Source of the DNA: Octopus vulgaris
Taxonomy: Eukaryota
Reading direction: 5' to 3'
NCBI GenBank assembly: GCA_951406725.2
Contig: OX597817.1
Location: 161,014,001-161,078,000, forward strand
DNA length: 64,000 nucleotides
Every line of letters starts with the position of its first letter. Positions within the stretch are counted from its first letter, which is position 1. A program made the position numbers and the translations under genes. A model generated the notes under the pieces. That model searched no databases and was not told where the DNA came from. It saw nothing but the letters and a program-made list of their open reading frames with translations. Below are positions 27,547-40,747 of the stretch, piece after piece.

Positions 27547-29213
27547 TAACATATGTGATGTTACCCACCTCAAGTTAAACCTTTCATGCTACAAGGAAAA
27601 CTGCTTTGTTTGTATGTTCTATATATCTGTCTAGGTATATATTTTGTTTATCTGTTATTGTGTTGTTGTATTTAATAGAATGTGCAGTAAGGAAAGCTTT
27701 CATCATTTTACTAACATTTTGCAATGAAAAATACATGCAGCTCCTTAACCCTTTAGCATTTAAACCGGCCATATCCGGCCGAAAGTATTCTGCCTGTTTT
27801 ATGTTCAAACCGACCAAATCTGGTCTCTCACACCAACCCTACATTATCGTTTTAAAAATTAACAGCAACCTCATCAAAATCTCATAGCTACATTGATATA
27901 CATGATTAGTTCAAAACAATGTGGATAAAAAAGCATTAATTTGAGTAGAATAATGCGAACACTAAAGGGTTAAACTTGTAGGACTTTTAAGAGTTGTTAC
28001 TTAGCTCCAAGTTACTGTTGTTAAGTGAATTAGAGATAAATCTTGCTCTGGATAAAACACCAATCTACCTCAGGTAACATTCTCAGATAATCTGAGACCT
28101 GTTCCTGGTAGATAAGGGAACTGAAATAGATATTTTTCTTAATAAAAATCATAAGGATTTATTTCAAAAACGTGTAATGGAAGATTATGAAAATATCACA
28201 TTAATATAAAGTGTTTCTGTTTTCAATAATTGCTACGTCCAGTTGCAGAAACCAATATTTTGTGATACATCAACCAAGTTTTCACTTCTATCTCCCAAGT
28301 TTGAAGAAAATCATTTTTATTTTTCTTGCAAAAATATTATGTTGCTTTCACAGAGAATAATGTTTGTATATTTTGCTATATACCCTTGCACTGTTTCTCT
28401 ATCATTTTAGTCCTTGTTATATTTTACTACATGTATATTTTGTGTGTTTATACTGTCCACTTGTACCCACTGTGTATGTGTGCATGTAAATACACACACA
28501 CACACACACACACATGTATATCTGTAAGTATATGCCTATAGTATGCTGTTATATCCTTTACAGCTAGCCAGGTATCTCTACACCATGTTATATATATATA
28601 CACTCACGGAGTGGTTGGCGTTAGGAAGGGCATCCAGCCGTAGAAACACTGCCAGATCTGACTGGGCCTGATGAAGCCTTCCAGCTTCACAGACCCCAGT
28701 TGAACCGTCCAACCCATGCTAGCATGGAAAACGGACGCTAAATGATGATGATGATGATGATATATGTGTGTATGTGTGTGTGTGTGTGTATGGAGGCACA
28801 TGGCCTAGTGGTTAGAGCAGCGGACTCACAGTCGAGGGATCGTGGGTTTGAATCTCAGACCGGGCGATGTGTGTGTTTATGAGCGAAACACCTAAGCTCC
28901 ACGTGACTCCAGCAGAAGGTAATGGCGAACCTCTGCTGATTCTTTGCCACAACTTTCTCTCTCTCTTTCCTCCTGCATCTTGCAGCTCACCTGTGACGGA
29001 CCGGCGTCCTGTCCAGGTGGGGAAGCTATACGCCAAGGAAACCGAGAAACCGGCCCTTATGAGCCAGGCATGGCTCGAGAAGGAACAAAAAACTGTATGC
29101 TTATGCTGTATACTGCATTTCATTTGTTGTGGATCCTTCCTACATATTCATGTGTGCTGTGCATTTTGCTCCTCTCAGTCACCCCTAATATCTTTCCCTC
29201 TTCTCTATTACAG

Positions 29214-29378
29214 GGTGATGTGCCAGCTGCACGAAGTATCTTGGCTCTGGCATTTCAGGCCAACCCAAACAGTGAAGAAATCTGGTTGGCTGCCGTCAAA
29301 CTGGAGAGTGAAAACAATGAATATGAACGTGCTCGGCGTTTGCTACAGAAGGCTCGTGCCAGTGCACCAACACCTCGG
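29214..29378 (+). CDS. PRPF6: PRPF6 exon ([55 protein letters not shown])
   Basis: ttacAG / GTAAGT; conserved translation. Confidence 0.97.
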
Positions 29379-30719
29379 GTAAGTGATCTGCACTATTTTT
29401 TTCTCTTGCTGTCCTTTGTTTTTTGCTCCATGCATTGCCCTAGCAGTTAAGGTATTGGGATCACGACCCTAAAGTTGTGACTTCAATGTGTTGTGTCCTT
29501 CAACAAGGTGCTTCATTTCATGCTGTTACAATCTTCTCAACACAAATGAGTACCTGCCAAGTGCTGCTGCAGCTCTCACACTCTCTCTCACTCTGTCTGT
29601 CTCTCTCTCTCTCCCACTCTCTGTCTCTCCCTTTCTCTCTCTCTCTCTCTCTCTCTTCCTCCAGTTGTTACATCCTGGATATTCCTCTGCTCAAGAGAAG
29701 GAGGTGCCAAGAGAGTGTCTCTGTCTACTTTTGACTAAGTAGACATATAAAGCAATTAATAAAAATATGGTACATGCTATTAAGTCATACTCATTTGCTA
29801 GTGATGGCCACAGCAGTTTATACATTGTCTTCTGCCTGCTTTTTCTGCCTTTATTCCAATCTTACTCTCCTATTCTGAGTCTCATTGTACATGTCTCCCT
29901 TTCTTCTTCATTTTTTTCTGCTTGATGTTCTTTCTCTCTTTCTCCACCCCTCTCTTCTGTTTCTCTCTTCTTGCTTTCCATCTCTCATGTAGTCTTTCTC
30001 CTTCATCTTACTCCTTTCCTTCTTTCTCTCCCTCTTTCTCCTCCTCTGCTCCTTCTTTATTTCCGTTTTTACCTCCTCAATCAAAGAGAGTGGTACCTAG
30101 ATATGTTGGGTAACTTCTATTTCTCTGGCAAAGAAATGACTTACTTAAGCCCTTCACTCCCTATGGAGCATAGGCCATTGACAACTTTTCCTTGCTGTTG
30201 TCAACTCTGGGCTGTCGGCACTGCTTCTGCAACCTTGCTTTTTCTTCTAGACACATAGAGGTGTCGGCCCTATACAAACCCATTTTTATCTCTAGGAAGG
30301 GATACTCTATATTGGTCTGGCCTCTATCTTTTCATCTGTCTTGCATTTCAAAGTTCTATCAGGCTCTTACACTCCACTGGCATAGCTCTCAGAGACATTG
30401 AGGCCCAAAATCCACCACATTGCTACAAAGATAGCCTTTATGATAGAAATAACAGCACTTTTAAATGTTGGGAGTCCACTTTTAGCAGTTATACGTGACC
30501 AGTCTGGATTTTCCCTGTTTTGGGTAACAATGGGGTGGTATGTTAATTTGTTGTCTCAGTCTAAATAATATTACATACTTTTCTTATTGGGATCATAAAG
30601 GTAGATTATCTTGTGTCTGTCTAAATGCCTAGTAATCTCTGTTTGGGGTATCAGATGATTTGTAGTAGTTAGGTTGTATTGGATCAATCTAAGTGACAAC
30701 TGTTCTTTCTCTATTGTAG

Positions 30720-30821
30720 GTGATGATGAAGTCAGTGAAGCTGGAATGGTGTCTTGGAGAGATTGACAATGCCAAGCTATTGCTGGAAGAAGCTGTCAAA
30801 CACTACCCTGACTTTGCTAAG
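30720..30821 (+). CDS. PRPF6: PRPF6 exon ([34 protein letters not shown])
   Basis: ttgtAG / GTTTGT; MKSVKLEW motif. Confidence 0.95.
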
Positions 30822-30892
30822 GTTTGTCAGTCCATCTGTATATGTGTGTGTCTCGTTCTCTTCCCCTCTTTCTCTCTCTCTCTATATATATA

Positions 30893-32045
30893 CAGGTGTT
30901 GGACAAAATAATGGAAACACCTAGCATCATAATTTTGAAATATCTATAAAACCGTCAAAAGCTTGTTTATTTTTTGTGTTTTTTTATTTATTATTAGTGT
31001 TGCTTAATATGTTTTGTTAGTATTGCTGTTTCTTTTCAGATATCATCAGAAAAGGGTAATTAAAATTCATTAAAATGACAGATCTATTAGACTTTCAAAG
31101 AGGTCAAACAGCCAATATGTTTGGTGTATCAAGAAGTACTGTCTCGAAAGTAATGACAGCCTTTGAGAAAGAGGGAAAAACCTCTTCGTCAAAACAAAAC
31201 TCCGGAAGAAAACCAAAACTTTCAGATAGGGACCGTCAGACTCTTACACGAATTGTTAGAAAGAATCACAAAAGTACAGCTCCCAAAATTACTGTAGAGC
31301 TTAATGACCACCTCGAGAACCCAGTTGACCGGGAGCTGCACAAAGCCGGATTTCACAGGAAGGCTGCAATCAGAAAACCACTACTTTGAAAAGCAAACGT
31401 GGCAAAGCATTTAGAGTGGAGTAAAAACCTACAGAATTGGTCCCTAGAGCAGTGGAACAATGTTATTTTCTCGGACAAGTCATCCTTTACCTTATTTCGG
31501 ACCACTGGCTTAGTATACATGTGGAGACAGCCTAAAAAAGCATTTGACCCAGACTGCCTTCTTCCAGCTGTTGAACATGAAGGATTTGTGATGATCTGTG
31601 GGTCACTATATCTTGGAAATCCGCCGGTCCAATGGTTTCCCTTCATAACAGAATTAATTGTCAAGACTAGTTAAGCATTTTATCTGATCAAATTCATCCT
31701 ATGTTTGCAGAACTGTTTCCGGAGGGAAACACAATCCTTCAGGATGATAATACACCAATTCACACAGCTAAAGTTGTTACTGAATGGCACGAGGAACATT
31801 CTAGTGAAGTTGAACATCTTACCTGACCACCACAGTCCCCAGATCTCACTATTATTGAACATTTATGGTGCATTTTAGAAAAACAAGTTAGGAGTCGATA
31901 TCCTCCACCATCATCACTACAAGAGCTGGAGACTGTTTTAGCTGAAGAATTCAAGCTGTAATTACTACCAAAAGTGGTCCTACCTCATATTAAAATAAAT
32001 TTGTTTGAAATTTTAAGGTGTTTCCATTATTTTGTCCAACCTATG
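30893..32045 (+). mobile_element. Tc1-family DNA transposon with disrupted transposase
   Basis: TIRs ...GTTGGACAAAATAATGGAAACACC at both ends, TA flanks; fragments GRKPKLSDRDR (HTH), VIFSDKSSF, DNTPIH, PPQSPDLTIIEHLW with stops and frameshifts. Confidence 0.93.
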
Positions 32046-32069
32046 TATATGTGTGTGTGTGTATATATG

Positions 32070-32177
32070 TAAGGGGCATATGAAAAGTTTTGAGCCTTGA
32101 AGTCTTTTACCTTCATCAGAAATCTTGTACCATGTTTTCTCTTTTTGAGGTTCAAAACTTTTCATATACCCCTTGTA
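32070..32177. mobile_element. Very short mariner-like MITE
   Basis: AAGGGGCATATGAAAAGTTTTGAGCCT ... AGGTTCAAAACTTTTCATATACCCCTT inverted ends next to TA. Confidence 0.6.
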
Positions 32178-32408
32178 TATATGAATGTATGTATATATAT
32201 TAATGTTCACTCATACAAATGTGATGATCATATACATTACACCCTGCCAATGCAGATTCACATCAGTATAAAAGTAATCCTTATCTTCTATTTTGTTGCC
32301 AGTCTCTGGTTACCAAGTGAGAAACCAAACAAATTTCATTCCTTAGTAGTTAGTTGGTTAATGTAAATCCTAATTAACCCTCATAATTATTCTTTTTGTT
32401 TTTTTTAG

Positions 32409-32483
32409 TTGTGGATGATGAAAGGTCAAATTGAGGAACAGCGGGGTAACATAAATATTGCCAGAGAGGCTTACAACCAAGGG
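32409..32483 (+). CDS. PRPF6: PRPF6 exon (LWMMKGQIEEQRGNINIAREAYNQG)
   Basis: ttttAG / GTAACT; LWMMKGQIEEQ motif. Confidence 0.96.
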
Positions 32484-32739
32484 GTAACTATACCTTAATG
32501 CTTCTTTGATGTGTAACTTCTCACTGAGACCCCAGCTTTACTGTCTAACTGTTCCATTTTTCTGTAATACATCTGCATAGTCAAAGAGTAAATGATAATT
32601 ATATAAACAAACTGTTGTTACCAGTTGTCTTAAATATATATATAATCTGAAACTGTTGTTGTCATTCATTGCTCTGAGCACATGTTGCTACCAAGACCCT
32701 CATCACTTTGTGTCCTAAAAAGATGTTATTATCACATAC

Positions 32740-33290
32740 ACACAACTATGTCTAAACATACATGCTGGAACTACTCTGTGTTCTTAACATTTTGTTGCTA
32801 TCACAACTGAAGTCCTAAACACACACACACTGTTCCATGTTATAACCCTATTGATGATATCTCACACATTATTAAATGTCCAAAACTATTGTTGCTATCA
32901 CACATACTATTCCATGTCCTAAATTTCATTACTATCATTTGCATACACTGTTCCATGTCCTAACCCTGTTTTTGTTATCACACACACTGTTCCATGTTAT
33001 AACCCTATTGATGATATCTCACACATTATTAAATGTCCAAAAATATTGTTGCTATCACACATACTATTCCATGTCCTAAATTTCATTACTATCATTTGCA
33101 TACACTGTTCCATGTCCTAACCCTGTTTTTGTTATCACACACACTATTCCATATCCTAAACATATTGTTACCATCACATACACTGTGCCATGTCTTAATC
33201 CTGTTGTTGTTGCTGTCACGCTTAGTTTTCCTTGTCCTAAGCATATTGTTGCTATCACACACACATGACACCATATTCCAAATGTGTTGT
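32740..33290 (+). repeat. Degenerate ~39-bp minisatellite with a 157-bp higher-order duplication
   Basis: Recurrent CACACACTGTTCCATGTCCTAA..TTGTTGCTAT; 32831-32987 is repeated almost exactly from 32988. Confidence 0.8.
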
Positions 33291-33387
33291 TACTACACAC
33301 CCACACACATACGCATAATCTTTGTCCACTTCTTTACCTCCTACTCAATCGTACACTCATGTTATTATTCTGTACTGGTCACTTCAG

Positions 33388-33521
33388 TTAAAGAAATGCC
33401 CAAATGCCATACCGCTTTGGTTGTTACTGTCTCGACTGGAGGAAAAAGCCGGTCAGCTGATTAAAGCCCGTTCCATCCTGGAGAAGGCCAGATTAAAGAA
33501 TTCTCATTCACCAGATTTATG
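33388..33521 (+). CDS. PRPF6: PRPF6 exon ([44 protein letters not shown])
   Basis: ttcAG / GTAAGT; conserved translation. Confidence 0.96.
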
Positions 33522-34128
33522 GTAAGTTCATTAATCTATACACTTTGAGAATCTGTTTATTGCAGAAGTAGAATAATGGACGAAAAACTAAAGAAGATCT
33601 TCTTACAATTCTTAGAGGAAAGTTGAAAAACCTGATGATGAGCATTTGTGCTTGAAATATACGCTTTTACTCTTTACTCTTTTACTTGTTTCAGTCATTT
33701 GACTGTGGCCTGCCTTTAGTCGAGCAAATCGACCCCAGGACTTATTCTTTGTAAGCCTAGTACTTATTCTATCGGTCTCTTTTGCCGAACCGCTAACTTA
33801 CGGAGACGTAAATACACCAGCATCAGTTGTCAAGCGATGTTGGACAAACACAGACACACAAACATATACACACACATACATATATATATATACGATGGGC
33901 TTCTTTCAGTTTCCGTCTACCAAATCCACTCACAAGGCTTTGGTTGGCCCGAGGCTATAGTAGAAGACACTTGCCCAAGGTGCCACGTAGTGGGACTGAA
34001 CCTGGAACCATGTGGTTGGTAAGCAAGCTGCTTACCACACAGCCACTCCTACGCCTATATAAAGGTTTTTCAACTTTTCTCTTTGCATTGTAAGATTTTT
34101 ATGTTAATCACCATTCATTACTATTGTA

Positions 34129-34515
34129 AGGAGGCGCAATGGCCCAGTGGTTAGGGCAGCGGACTCGCGGTCATAGGATCGCGGTTTTGATTCCCAGACC
34201 GGGCGTTGTGAGTGTTTATTGAGCGAAAACACCTAAAGCTCCACGAGGCTCCGGCTGGGGATGGTGGTGATCCCTGCTGTACTCTTTCACCACAACTTTC
34301 TCTCACTCTTACTTTACTGTTTCTGTTGTGCCTGTATTTCAAAGGGCCGGCCTTGTCACTCTCTGTGTCACGCTGAATATCCCCGAGAACTACGTTAAGG
34401 GTACACGTGTCTGTGGAGTGCTCAGCCACTTACACGTTAATTTCACGAGCAGGCTGTTCCGTTAATTCAGATCAACCGGAACCCTTGTCGTCGTAACCGA
34501 TGGAGTGCTTCCACC
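34129..34515 (+). mobile_element. tRNA-derived SINE family C, full length (related copies 1-83, 21232-21545 -, 28792-29090 +, 40982-41180 +, 61241-61530 -)
   Basis: GGAGGCGCAATGGCCCAGTGGTTAGGGCAGCGGACTCGCGG tRNA-like head; TSD ACTATTGTA at 34120-34128 and 34516-34524. Confidence 0.88.
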
Positions 34516-34633
34516 ACTATTGTAGATTCTTACCTCTCTGCTCTGCCAACTTCTACCATTACATCTCTTATAGACATTCCTGTCACATCTCACTGAATGC
34601 TGAATGTTGTATTCCTTAAATGTCTATTTCCAG

Positions 34634-34701
34634 GTTGGAAGCAATCCGTGTTGAGAACCGTGCCTCCCTAAAGAACATAGCGCAGACTCTTATGGCTAAA
34701 G
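34634..34701 (+). CDS. PRPF6: PRPF6 exon (LEAIRVENRASLKNIAQTLMAK)
   Basis: tccAG / GTATTT; LKNIA.TLMAK motif. Confidence 0.94.
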
Positions 34702-34989
34702 GTATTTCTTTCTTTTTTTCTCTCTTTCTTTTCCTTGGCTTTTTTTTTTTGTGTATGTGTGTGTGTGTGTACATGTATTTGTTCATTTATTTTACATTTA
34801 TTTTCCCTTCTGGTGCATGAATTAGCTGAATATATTACTGATGCACTGTATTATAGTTGGATGCTCTTCCTGTCATTAAACAGGTGCCACGCAGTAGTAC
34901 TGAACCTGAAGCCATTTGACTGGGAAGCAAACTTCTTGACTTCACACCCACTCCTGCACCTAAATAAATGCACATGCACACAAGCGCGT

Positions 34990-35020
<31 letters not shown>

Positions 35021-38000
35021 CGCACACATACACAAACATTGAATATATGTATGGACAAATATAAAACTGGAAAGATATTTCTTGAAATTATCTCCCCTTC
35101 TAATTCAGAGTTGCTGACAATTGCCACTAGGGTTTTGTTATCCATCTCTGTCCATAAGGAAAATCTTAATGAATTAGAATTTCAGTGCCCCTACCACCCC
35201 AGCTTCAACTACTCCCACCCACCCCCACACACACATGCACAGACACACATCATTATCATCTTCATCGTTTTTATGTCTGGTTTTTTCCCATGCTAGCATA
35301 AGGTTGTGTGAGATATTTCTTGAGGCAATATTCAGTGGCTGAATAGAGCACTTTATTCCACATCTTTGCACATCAAACCGCATAACTGTTGGACTGTTTG
35401 TTTATGCAGGACATAAACATATCACTAATACTCAAGCAGAGTCAATGTAAAGCAACATCGAAACAAACATACATTCATATACACTCACAGGCACCAACAG
35501 TTACATGCGTTAGTTACATTTCATGTCGTGGGAAGAAGGACTTGCTTTTCATCCTTCTGTGGCCAACAAAATAATATGATATTGTTGTTTAGTTCCAGGT
35601 CAGTCCTGAACAGACAGTAATTTTGTGGTAAGACACCCAAGCTCTTTTCTCTTTGTGACTGTGGTGAGCTACATTTACAGCAGTCTTGACACTACCTCCC
35701 CATCCAGGGCAAATGCCTCACCACAATCTGAAGCATCTGGTTATTGAAAATTGTATCTTATTTCTTTACTACCCAAAGGGGGCTAAACACAGAGGGGACA
35801 AACAAGGACAGACAAATGGATTAAGTCGATTACATCGGCCCCAGTGCGTAACTGGTACTTATTTAATTGACCCCGAAAGGATGAAAGGCAAGTCAACCTC
35901 GGCGGAAATTGAACTCAGAACGTAGCGGCAGACGAAATACCTATTTCTTTACTACCCACAAGGGGCTAAACACAGAGGGGACAAACAAGGACAGACAAAC
36001 GGATTAAGTCGATTATATCAACCTCAGTGTGTAACTGGTACTTATTTAATCGATCCCGAAAGCATGAAAGGCAAAGTCGACCTCGGCGGAATTTGAACTC
36101 AGAACGTAGCGGCAGACAAAATGCCGCTAAGCACTTCGCCTGGCATGCTAACAATTCTGCCAGCTCACCGCCTAATTGTATCTTAATAAAGTTTTCGTCT
36201 GACCTATGCAAGAATGGATAAGTAGGCTTTAAAACTATGAAGATGACATTCATTAATCATCTACTTAAAATATGTGGCAACTAAGATACATTTCACCATG
36301 CTGTACCAAGAATCTCTATACTCCATCAGCTTTAGTAAGTCTTCAGTTTCACATTGTGTGTCTCTGTCACATCAAAGAAACTGATTTGTGCTTGTTTAAC
36401 TCAGGTCAAACTTGGCTGAACAGATATATGGACAAAAGTGTTCTAGCAATGATTTTCTCATTGTCTTGAAAATTTGTTTTTTCCTTTGGTATAGGCACAA
36501 GATTATCTATGTCATTAAGAAGCTTGATTCCCAATGACATGGTCCTGGATTTAATTCCATTGTGCAGCATCTTGGGCAAGTGGCTTCTACTATAACCCTG
36601 GGTCAACCAAAGCTATGTGATTGGATTTGTGGACAGACTGGCTCCTGTGCAGGTGGCATGTAAAAAAACACCATTTGAGTGTGGTCGTTGCCAGTACTGC
36701 CTGACTGGCCCTCATGCTGGTGGCATATTAAAGCACCCACTACACTCTCGGAGTGGTTGGCATTAGGAAGGGCATCCAGCTGTAGAAACTCTGCCAGATC
36801 AGATTGGAGTCTGGTGCAGCCATCTGGTTTGCCAGTCCTCAGTCAAATCGTCCAACCCATGCTAGCATGAAAAGTGGACGTTAAACAATGATGATGATGA
36901 TGAAAGTAAAAAAAGCCATCATGCATGTGTGTGTTTGACATCTGTTGTCCATGCTGGCATGGGTTGGAATTGCAAATGAGAATCACCATCAGAAGAGTAA
37001 TGATGTTCAATTCCAGCCTTCCTTGGAAACTGGTGAGATCTAGCAACAGGTAGGACATAAGGTTATCAAACATGATCATCATCATGATCATTTAACGTCC
37101 TCTTTCCATGCTAGCATGGGTTGGACGATTTTGACTGAGGGCTGGCGAACCAGATGGCTGCACCAGGCTCCAATCTGATCTGGCAGAGTTTCTACAGCTG
37201 GATGCCCTTCCTCATGCCAACCACTCTGAGAGTGTAGTGGGTGCTTTTTACGTGCCACGGGCATGAGGCCCAGTCAGGCGGTACAGGCAATGACCTCGCT
37301 CGAATCTTTTTACACGTGCCACCGGCACAGGTGCATATTCCCTCTGACCTATGCAAGCATAGAAACATGGAAATTAATTGAGGCTGATGATGATGATGAT
37401 GTATATTTAGGACCACATTACCTAATGTATCTTTACTTCTTTAACATGGTTGAGGTATAATTTTTTTTTTATAACTTAACCAAAAACAAAGGCAGAAAAG
37501 TTGAGATTAACAGATTAAATAATGCCTTTTTCTGTCAGTAATGATAACTTATCTCAGAAATGAAAGAATGAAATTCCATATTTCCTTAGCAACAGTCTTG
37601 TTATCATTATTAACCTGTATTATATTTCAGTGATAAAGATCCTACTGGAAAATGTTTTACTGTTGTTGTTCAGTTTAGTTCTGCCCTGTTCTAGCAGACC
37701 AGTGATCAAAAATTTCTCACCTTTTATTTGATAGAAGTGACAACAGTGTCTCAACTTGTAACTCACAATACTCAAAGAAAATATAATGTGAAGAAGCCAT
37801 GTGTCTCTTCTATAGCAAGACACCTATGCCTATCCCTCATGCCAGCTCCCCTTCTGCTACAACATCTCTCTGTTGTGGAGTTTTCTTCTTTCTCTTTTTC
37901 TTTGTTTTTGTAAGTTGCTTTGCAACATCAGTAGTGCTAGTGTCGTGAAAAGGCACCCAGTGCACTCTGTAAAGCAGTTAGCATTAGGAAGGAGCACCCA

Positions 38001-38431
38001 GCTGTAGAAACCAATCCATAGGAAACATTGGAACATGGTTCAGTCTGGATCTGCTGGATCCTGTCAAACCATCAAACCCCTGCCAGCACAGAAGACAAAC
38101 ATTCAGTTATGTTGATGATGTATTTGAGATTACATTATTCATTCACAAAGCCAACTAATTCCTTATGAATGAACCTGGGTGAAGGAAATGGCGTGATGCT
38201 CATCATATGTGTGTGTGTGTGTGTGTGTATATATTATATATTTGTGTGTGTAGTATGACTTTGGAGCTTGCCACAGCCCTGCAGTTTGTCAGTTCCTTGT
38301 CAAACTGCCCTACACATGCTACCATGAAATGCAGACATTAAATTATGATTTTATATATATATTTATATATATATATTGACATTTGCTGTGAAACTTAACT
38401 CTATTTTGTTTTTGTCTTCCCTAAAACACAG

Positions 38432-38570
38432 CCAAACAAGACTGTACAAGTGCAGGAATCCTGTGGGCAGAGTCCATCTTCATGGAACCTCGTCCCCAGC
38501 GGAAAACCAATTCTGTCGACGCCCTCAAAAGATGTGAACATGACCCTCATGTCTTGCTTGCTGTCTCCAA
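38432..38570 (+). CDS. PRPF6: PRPF6 exon ([45 protein letters not shown])
   Basis: cacAG / GTAAGT; [17 protein letters not shown] motif; a few odd substitutions (see findings). Confidence 0.93.
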
Positions 38571-38997
38571 GTAAGTGAACTGACTTTTATTATCGTATTC
38601 AGGGTAATTTTTATTTGGTTGGATGGGAGTGGGGTTTTCTTATTGTTTTCTTTATCTCTATAATGTCTTCAGATCCAGAAATCCCTTCCCACACTTCCAG
38701 CTTTCTCTAAGTATATTTTCTACTGTTTGACCTACTTCCATCATCATCATTATTGTTGTTGTTGTTGCTCTTTCTGTAAATGAGATCGCTGTGATTATTT
38801 AACGTACACTACCACCATCACATCCACCATTACTTCATATATACTGTCACCATCATTTCTATTATTACTATGTATGTATATATATATATATATATAAAGA
38901 GAGAAAGAGAGAGATTCAGATGAATATGGTACTTAAGTTGAGGCACCAGAATTTAGTAAGGTATTATCCATACAATTTCAAAATAAGGTGAATAAAT

Positions 38998-39389
38998 TCA
39001 AAATAAGCAACAAGGATATCCAGAAGTAATGCAGTACGATCATTTCATGCAACTCCATTTAATTCAACAATGCAATCATTTCATTACATCAATTTAAAAT
39101 GTAGAGCAATCTTCAGCTGCACTTAGACATAGAATTTGATTAAATTAGAACAGATGGACACATTAGTATAATTTTACCTAAGATCTCCAAGAAGTTAAGG
39201 AGATCTTAGATAAAATTATACTAATGTGTCCATCTGTTCTAGTTTAATGAAATTCTATGTCTAAGTGCAGCTGAAGATTGCTCTACATTTTAAATCAATG
39301 TAATGAAATTATTGCATAGTTGAATTAAATGGAGTTGCATGAAATGATCGTACTGCATTACCTCTGGATATCCTTGTTGCTTATTTTGA
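38998..39389. repeat. Long inverted repeat, 191-bp arms with 10-nt loop; probable Penelope-like element relic
   Basis: 38998-39188 is the near-perfect reverse complement of 39199-39389; embedded between (TA)n tracts. Confidence 0.93.
39262..39360 (+). ncRNA. Type I hammerhead ribozyme motif (mirror copy on - strand at 39027-39126)
   Basis: GTGCAG-CTGAAGA-[long imperfect helix II]-GAAA-T-GATC-G-TA-CTGCAT; helix II opens with a U.U mismatch. Confidence 0.72.
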
Positions 39390-39578
39390 TATATATATAT
39401 ATATATATTTATACGTATATGCATTTGCCTGATGATCATACTGGCATGAGACCTGAGTTGTGAAACAAACTCTTAGTTTCAGTTTTAATAATAACCTATA
39501 TATTGTCTTCTACTATAGCCTTGGGCCAACCAAAGCCTTGTGAGTGGATTTGGTAGATGGAAACTGAAAGAAGCCTGC

Positions 39579-39610
<32 letters not shown>

Positions 39611-40747
39611 TAAGCGACAGAACCTCCATCAAAGTAATTCAATTAATAGTGAAAGATATTATCTATAATAAAATATAAATTTAAATATATTGTTAATAGT
39701 GTACTAAAAATTACTATACTAAATAATACACATTAAATTGACTATGCGCGTTTTGTGACGATATATTTAAATCGACAATATCAAAACTATGTGTTTGTGT
39801 TCGTGTCCCCCCAACATTGCTTGACAACCGATGTTGGTGTGTTTACATCGCCGTAACTTAGCAGTTCAGCAAAAGAGACTGATAGAATAAGTACTAGGTT
39901 TACAAAGGATAAGTCCTGGGGTCGATTTGCTTGACTAAAGGTGGTGCTCCATCATGGCCGCAGTAAAATGACTGAAACGCGTAAGAGAATAAAAGAAAGG
40001 ATAACTATACTCACACACACACACACACACACACACAGTCACTATCACCTACCTCTATTATTACTAATTCATATATTTATATTATATACACAGGTACATG
40101 CACACATAGTCACCATCACATACCTGTAATAATATCTATATATATATATATATATATATCCCCCCACCCCCACCACCAATACCGATGAACACTGTTCTCG
40201 CCCCCACCACCAATACCGGTGAACACTGTTCTCACTCCTATATTACCCGCCTCAACTGAACCTCCCCCTCCCCAACTCAACTCTAGAATATCTGTATTTC
40301 TTTCCTCTACCTAATTACGTTAACCCGGTCAAACCGTCCAACCCGTGCTAGCGCGGAAAGCGGACGTTAAACGATGATGATGATGATGATGATGATATAC
40401 ACACCATCATCATCGTATACCTCTCTTGTTCTTATATATACAACCACCATCAACTCCACTACTGTTACCTTATATACACTTCCTCGTTCACATCCTATTT
40501 TTTTATTACCCACAAGGGGCTAAACTTAGAGGGGACAAACAAGGACAGACATAGGTATTAAGTCGATTACATCGACCCCAGTGCGTAACTGGTACTTAAT
40601 TTGTCGACCCCGAAAGGATGAAAGGCAAAGTCAACCTCAGTGGAATTTGAACTCACAACGTAACGGCAGACGAAATACCGCTAAGCATTTCGCCCGGCGT
40701 GCTAACGTTTCTGCCAGCTCACATCCATCATTACTGTTCCTTTATAT

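Noticed and set aside
34129-34205. Possible tRNA gene (also other SINE heads)
   Set aside because: The tRNA-like head continues into a repeated SINE body with a TSD; not a standalone tRNA.
39426-39485. CTGATGA...GAAAC hammerhead-like string
   Set aside because: Helix I and helix II do not pair convincingly.
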